Below are positions 59,357 to 64,000 of a stretch of 64,000 nucleotides of DNA, one piece after another (within the stretch, counting starts at the first letter, position 1; each line of letters opens with the position of its first letter). Position numbers and translations under genes: made by a program. This stretch comes from Candidatus Multivoradales bacterium. Lineage in GTDB: Bacteria; Acidobacteriota; Thermoanaerobaculia; Multivoradales; JAHEKO01. Below the pieces are notes generated by a model that searched no databases, was not told the origin of the DNA, and saw nothing but the letters and a program-made list of their open reading frames with translations. The stretch lies in contig CBDFIJ010000004.1 of NCBI GenBank assembly GCA_965248055.1, forward strand, positions 1,824,001-1,888,000, read 5' to 3'.

Positions 59357-60403
59357 GTGTCAACGATTCTCATCTACGGTGCCTACGGTTACACCGGCGA
59401 ACTGATCTCTCGCAGGGCTGTCCAACAGGGCCTGGAACCCATCCTCGCCGGTCGTCGGTCGGGACCGCTACGGGCACTCGCCGATGAGTTGGCACTCGAA
59501 TACCGCGTTTTTGGGTTGGATCAAGAGGACGTCTTAGACCAAATGTTGGATCAGGTCGACGTCGTGATCCACAGTGCAGGTCCGTTTCTCTACACCTCCG
59601 AACCGATGGCTTCTGCGTGTCTGCGGACCGCGACACACTATCTCGACATCACTGGAGAAATCGACGTTTTCGAATCGCTCGCCGCGAGAGACTCAGAGGC
59701 TCAAGAGGCCGGAGTGGTGTTGCTGCCCGGGGTTGGCTTTGACGTGGTGCCAACCGATTGCTTGGCGCTCTATCTAAAAGAAAAATTGCCCACTGCAGTA
59801 TCTCTGGAAATGGCCTTCGCCTCCTCAGGAGGAGTGTCCAGGGGAACCGCCAAGACCTCCATTGAACGACTGGGGTCTGGGGGAGCCGTTCGGCGTCGTG
59901 GGCAGATCGTCAACGTTCCTGCTGCCTGGAAGTCCGCCTCGATTCCCTTTTCGATCGGCGCCAAACAAGCGGTCACAATTCCGTGGGGAGACGTGTCGAC
60001 CGCGTACTACACCACCGGAATCGGCAACGTTACGGTCTACGCCGCGGTACCACCACAAATGCGTACCACTATGGTTTGGTCGCGGCGACTGCCATGGTTA
60101 TTTCGCTCCCGGTGGCTGCGCGAACGACTCAAGAAGCAGATTGATCGACGACCACCGGGGCCGGACAAGGAAACTCGAGACCGAGGCCATATGTGGCTCT
60201 GGGGAGGGGTTTCCGATGGAGAGAACAGCATCGAGGCCCAAATGACAACTCCGGAGGGCTACCGATTGACCTCCGAGACCGCGGTAGAGGCCGCCAGACG
60301 GGTTGCCCGGGGATCGGTTGATCCGGGTTTTCGCACTCCGGCCGCCGCTTTTGGTGCCGACTTTATCCTTGGTTTCGACGGCGTTGAGCGTACCGATCGT
60401 TAG
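59357..60403 (+). CDS. Saccharopine dehydrogenase-like oxidoreductase
   Basis: YGAYGYTG, AGPF, YLDITGE, GFDVVPTD. Confidence 0.9.
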   Translation: MSTILIYGAYGYTGELISRRAVQQGLEPILAGRRSGPLRALADELALEYRVFGLDQEDVLDQMLDQVDVVIHSAGPFLYTSEPMASACLRTATHYLDITGEIDVFESLAARDSEAQEAGVVLLPGVGFDVVPTDCLALYLKEKLPTAVSLEMAFASSGGVSRGTAKTSIERLGSGGAVRRRGQIVNVPAAWKSASIPFSIGAKQAVTIPWGDVSTAYYTTGIGNVTVYAAVPPQMRTTMVWSRRLPWLFRSRWLRERLKKQIDRRPPGPDKETRDRGHMWLWGGVSDGENSIEAQMTTPEGYRLTSETAVEAARRVARGSVDPGFRTPAAAFGADFILGFDGVERTDR

Positions 60404-60429
60404 ATCTCTTTGGTGAACAAAGACTGATC

Positions 60430-61830
60430 TTGATGTTCTCTGGGTTTCGATCTGTTGGCTCCGCGATCAACGATCGCGTGCGTCGCTGGTTGCCAGATCC
60501 GTTTGTCTTTGCCTTGGCATTGACGGTCTTGGTGGCGGCCATGGCAATCGCACTGACTCCCACCAAGCCGGTGGAGGTAATGCAGGCCTGGTATCAAGGA
60601 TTCTGGATCTTGCTGGAGTTCGGCATGCAGATGGTGCTGATCTTGGCCACCGGGTATGCCATCGCCCTCTCGCCGGCGGCCAGTGGTCTGGTGGATCGAG
60701 TCGCCAAGCGGGCCAACACACCGACCAGAGTCTACTTCGTCGTCGTTCTAGTCGGCGGACTGCTGTCGCTGATCAGCTGGGGTTGGGTAGTGCTGACCGC
60801 AGTGCTCGGTCGCGAGCTGGCGCAGAGGGTGCGGGGGCTAGATTACGCATTTCTCACTGCCTGCGTTTATGTCTCGGGCCAGCCATGGGTCGGCGGATTT
60901 TCCAGTTCCATTCCTTTGTTGTTGGGCACTGAGAACAACTTCATGGTCGAGCAGGGGGTGCTGTCCTCAACCTTGCCCATCGCCACCACCCTGGGAAGCT
61001 CCGTCAACATTCTCTTCTTAGTTATGTTTTTCACCGTCACTCCGCTGTTGATGACCCTGCTGCAACCCGACTCCTCTCGCGTCCAGGAAATGGAGGCTCT
61101 GACCACGGACGGCAAAGCCGAGCACACGACGGTTGCCGAAGAGGCTGGCGAAGATCGAGAAGACACCCTCTCGGATCGTCTGAATCACAGCCAATGGCTG
61201 TCGCTGGTGGTAGTGCTCGCGGGCTTGGGATATGTCACCTGGCATTTTGCAACCAAAGGTTTCGACCTCAACCTCAATATCATGGTGTTTCTTTTCATCA
61301 TGGTCGGTTTACTGGTCCATCGGACGCCGATGCGCTACGTGGTGGCGATGAAACGCGCCTGCTCGAATATCTCCGGAATTGTCCTCCAGTATCCGTTTTA
61401 CGCAGGAATCATGGGGATCATGATGTTCACTGGGCTGGGCACCGCGATCGCTGGATGGATGGCCGGAGTTGCCAATTTGAACACCTTGCCTTTCTTAGCT
61501 CAACTGAGCGGAGCCGCGGTCAACTTCGCAATTCCGTCAGCGGGCGGTGAGTGGGCGGTGATTGGCCCGTCGCTGGTTGAGGCCAGCCACAACCTCACGG
61601 TCGGGCTGCCCGACACGGTCGCCCAGGGTCATATTGCTCGTATCGCGATGGCCTTCGCTTACGGTGAGACCTCCAGCAATTTGATCCAGCCCTTCTTTTT
61701 CCTGGTGGTGCTTCCGATCATGGGAGCAGGAGTGAAACTGCAAGCCCGCGACGTGATCGGATATCTGGTTATCCCGTTCTTGGTTCTCTTCGCCCTAACC
61801 TCGGTGGTGGTCACCTGGGCGCCGCTATAA
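60430..61830 (+). CDS. atoE: Short-chain fatty acid transporter (AtoE family)
   Basis: LPDPFVFA, QYPFYAGIMG, PSAGGEW, NLIQPF. Confidence 0.9.
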   Translation: MMFSGFRSVGSAINDRVRRWLPDPFVFALALTVLVAAMAIALTPTKPVEVMQAWYQGFWILLEFGMQMVLILATGYAIALSPAASGLVDRVAKRANTPTRVYFVVVLVGGLLSLISWGWVVLTAVLGRELAQRVRGLDYAFLTACVYVSGQPWVGGFSSSIPLLLGTENNFMVEQGVLSSTLPIATTLGSSVNILFLVMFFTVTPLLMTLLQPDSSRVQEMEALTTDGKAEHTTVAEEAGEDREDTLSDRLNHSQWLSLVVVLAGLGYVTWHFATKGFDLNLNIMVFLFIMVGLLVHRTPMRYVVAMKRACSNISGIVLQYPFYAGIMGIMMFTGLGTAIAGWMAGVANLNTLPFLAQLSGAAVNFAIPSAGGEWAVIGPSLVEASHNLTVGLPDTVAQGHIARIAMAFAYGETSSNLIQPFFFLVVLPIMGAGVKLQARDVIGYLVIPFLVLFALTSVVVTWAPL

Positions 61831-61941
61831 CGATTTCCAGCAATCGCTGCACATTGCGGTCAACAGCACGGCAACTTGATCCCCGTTGCCGGGATAAGCA
61901 AGCACGGGCACGATAAAGTAACCGCTTGAAAGGACTTCCAT

Positions 61942-63594
61942 ATGCAAATCAAAACCACATTCTGTCTCCTTCCATTACTCATCTCTGCCTGTGATTCCGC
62001 TCCTCAGGAGGAAGCTGTGATGAACGATCCAGTTGACACTCTGGTGGCGCAATACGCGCCCACGGACTTGGTGGCTGACGCTGCCGCCTTACCTGAGGGC
62101 GAACGCGCGGTGCTGGTCGAGATTCTCAAGGCTTCAGCATTGATAGATGAAATTTTCCTGCGCCAAGCGGCCGGAGACCAACCAGCTCTGCAAGCAGAAG
62201 CTGCGGATGCTGGGGATGCGACCGCCAACTACTACCGAATTAACTTTGGACCCTGGGACCGCCTGGCCGAGTACCAGCCGTTTTTGGGCGATCTACCCCA
62301 CCCTGATGGTGCCGGCTACTACCCAACCGACATGACCAAGGAAGAGTTTGAAGGTTGGATTAAAGCCCACCCCGAGGACACGGATGCCTTTCGCTCTCTG
62401 ACCACGGTGATTCGTCGCCAGGACGATGCCTTGGTGGCCATCCCCTACTCCGAGCACTACGCCCAATGGCTTGAGCCAGCAGCGGCGCATCTCAAGAATG
62501 CCGCAATGCTGACTGAGAATAGATCGTTGGCCCGCTTCCTCAATAGCCGGGCTGACGCCTTCTTGAATGACGACTACTACCAAAGTGACATCGATTGGAT
62601 GGATCTCGACGCCCCAGTCGAGGTCACCATCGGTCCCTATGAGGTTTACGAAGATAGTTTATTTGGTTACAAGGCAGCCTTTGTTTCGTTTGTCACGCTC
62701 GACATTCCACAAGAGTCAGCGGCCTTGGCTCGCTACAAAGACCGGCTCCCTTGGCTGGAGCGCAACTTGCCGATCGAGGATCAGTACAAGAACTTCGATC
62801 GCGGCACCGAAAGCCCGATCCGGGTAGTGGATGAAGTTTTTGTCGGTGGCGATTCCAAAGCTGGTATCCAAACCTTGGCTTTCAATCTGCCCAACGACGA
62901 ACGGGTGCGCGAAGCGAAGGGCTCCAAGAAGGTCATGCTGCGCAACGTACTGCAAGCCAAATTCAAGCGCACCCTGACCCCGATCGCTAAGAAGTTGTTA
63001 GCCCCGAAAGACCTGGCTGGAGTGCAATTCAGCGCTTTCTTCAACCAAACCCTGCACCATGAATTGAGCCACGGTCTGGGCCCAGGTGTGATCGAAGTTG
63101 ACGGCAAAGAGATTGAAGTGCGCATGGCGCTACAGGATCTCTACTCAACGATGGAAGAAGCCAAGGCCGACGTCATGGGGGTTTACAACATCCTGGCTTT
63201 GATTGAAGAAGGTGAGATCGACGCCTCCGAGCGGCCGTTTGTCGAACCCACCTATGTCGCTGGATTGTTCCGCTCGGCGCGCTTCGGCCTGCACGAAGCT
63301 CACGGCCGGGGCACCGTTGCCCAGTTCAACTACCTACTGGAAAAGGGTGCTTTGGTGATCGATGACGAAGGTCGTTTTGCCACCGTCGCCGACCTCTTCC
63401 CGAGAGCCATCAGCGACCTGCTGCACGAGATGTTGATGCTCCAGGCGATGGGCGACTATGACACCACAGCAACATTTCTCGACCAGTACGGGGTTGCGAC
63501 GCCAGAGCTAGAGGCGGCGATCGCCAAGCTCGGCGACTTGCCAACCGACATCGTGCCGAACTACCCGACGGCAAGCGAACTGCTTTCCAGTTGA
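61942..63594 (+). CDS. M49/DPP-III-like zinc peptidase, lipoprotein
   Basis: ISAC lipobox, GPYEVYED, AFNLPNDE, HHELSHGLG, EEAKAD. Confidence 0.88.
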   Translation: MQIKTTFCLLPLLISACDSAPQEEAVMNDPVDTLVAQYAPTDLVADAAALPEGERAVLVEILKASALIDEIFLRQAAGDQPALQAEAADAGDATANYYRINFGPWDRLAEYQPFLGDLPHPDGAGYYPTDMTKEEFEGWIKAHPEDTDAFRSLTTVIRRQDDALVAIPYSEHYAQWLEPAAAHLKNAAMLTENRSLARFLNSRADAFLNDDYYQSDIDWMDLDAPVEVTIGPYEVYEDSLFGYKAAFVSFVTLDIPQESAALARYKDRLPWLERNLPIEDQYKNFDRGTESPIRVVDEVFVGGDSKAGIQTLAFNLPNDERVREAKGSKKVMLRNVLQAKFKRTLTPIAKKLLAPKDLAGVQFSAFFNQTLHHELSHGLGPGVIEVDGKEIEVRMALQDLYSTMEEAKADVMGVYNILALIEEGEIDASERPFVEPTYVAGLFRSARFGLHEAHGRGTVAQFNYLLEKGALVIDDEGRFATVADLFPRAISDLLHEMLMLQAMGDYDTTATFLDQYGVATPELEAAIAKLGDLPTDIVPNYPTASELLSS

Positions 63595-63757
63595 CCCGCC
63601 GAACTGGCCGCCTAAGCTCAGGCGGTTCGCCGTTTCTAAATGGCCCAATTTAGGGCTTGATCCTGGCTTTCGGCCGACCCTGAGCGTCGCCTTGCTATGC
63701 TCTGGTTGCTGCACGCCCTGATCGTGTAGGCGAATCCATTCTACAAAGGAGGACGAA

Positions 63758-64000
63758 ATGGACATCATGACCCTATTGATTCAATTGCTCAGTGGTGCGG
63801 TCGGCGGCAACGTTGCTGGTGGCTTGCTCAAGAAGATGAGCTTAGGCACTCTCGGTAACTCGATCGTCGGCATTCTAGGCGGCGGATTGGGTGGCCAGAT
63901 TCTTGGGATGTTGGGCGCCGGCGGAGCCGCGTCCGGCGGCATGGATATCGGTTCGATTATTTCCAGTATCGCCGGTGGCGGTGTTGGCGGTGGCGTTTTG
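63758..64000 (+). CDS. Small glycine-rich membrane protein, 3'-partial
   Basis: RBS AAGGAGG; MDIMTLLIQLLSGAVGGNVAGGLLKKMSLGTLGNSIVGILGGGLGG. Confidence 0.8.
   Translation, partial: MDIMTLLIQLLSGAVGGNVAGGLLKKMSLGTLGNSIVGILGGGLGGQILGMLGAGGAASGGMDIGSIISSIAGGGVGGGVL

Noticed and set aside
780-63125. Numerous long antisense or overlapping ORFs in the track (e.g. 15905-16666, 51771-52448, 55841-56575)
   Set aside because: They shadow well-supported genes, as expected in GC-rich DNA, and show no motifs.

Overview
A 64 kb bacterial chromosome segment of moderately high GC. Gene content and protein style suggest a marine Acidobacteriota (Thermoanaerobaculia-like) genome or MAG; this is inference only. 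The backbone is housekeeping: purL/purQ, purF-purM-purN, typA, srkA, crcB, msrAB, malic enzyme, yaaA, csaA, panE, wzm/wzt, atoE and peptidases. Accessory patches interrupt it: (i) ~11.2-14.7 kb, orphan genes and a HigBA toxin-antitoxin pair between two damaged cupin paralogues; (ii) ~18.9-21.8 kb, an alpha/beta-hydrolase plus a TPR-S (DUF4071-like)-trypsin fusion, a candidate protease-activated defence module; (iii) an IS481-family element followed by a cobalamin radical SAM enzyme and a squalene synthase; (iv) ~48.0-49.65 kb, an AT-richer island with a 2-TM/TPR-like orphan facing an unannotated 9-codon ORF (MTYEGTINY) that has a strong RBS. A dispersed hairpin repeat (GGGGACACAAT...ATTGTGTCCCC) occurs at five loci. 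Several single-base frameshifts at short homopolymers suggest long-read assembly errors. No rRNA, tRNA or CRISPR array was seen. All annotations come from reading motifs; no database searches were run.
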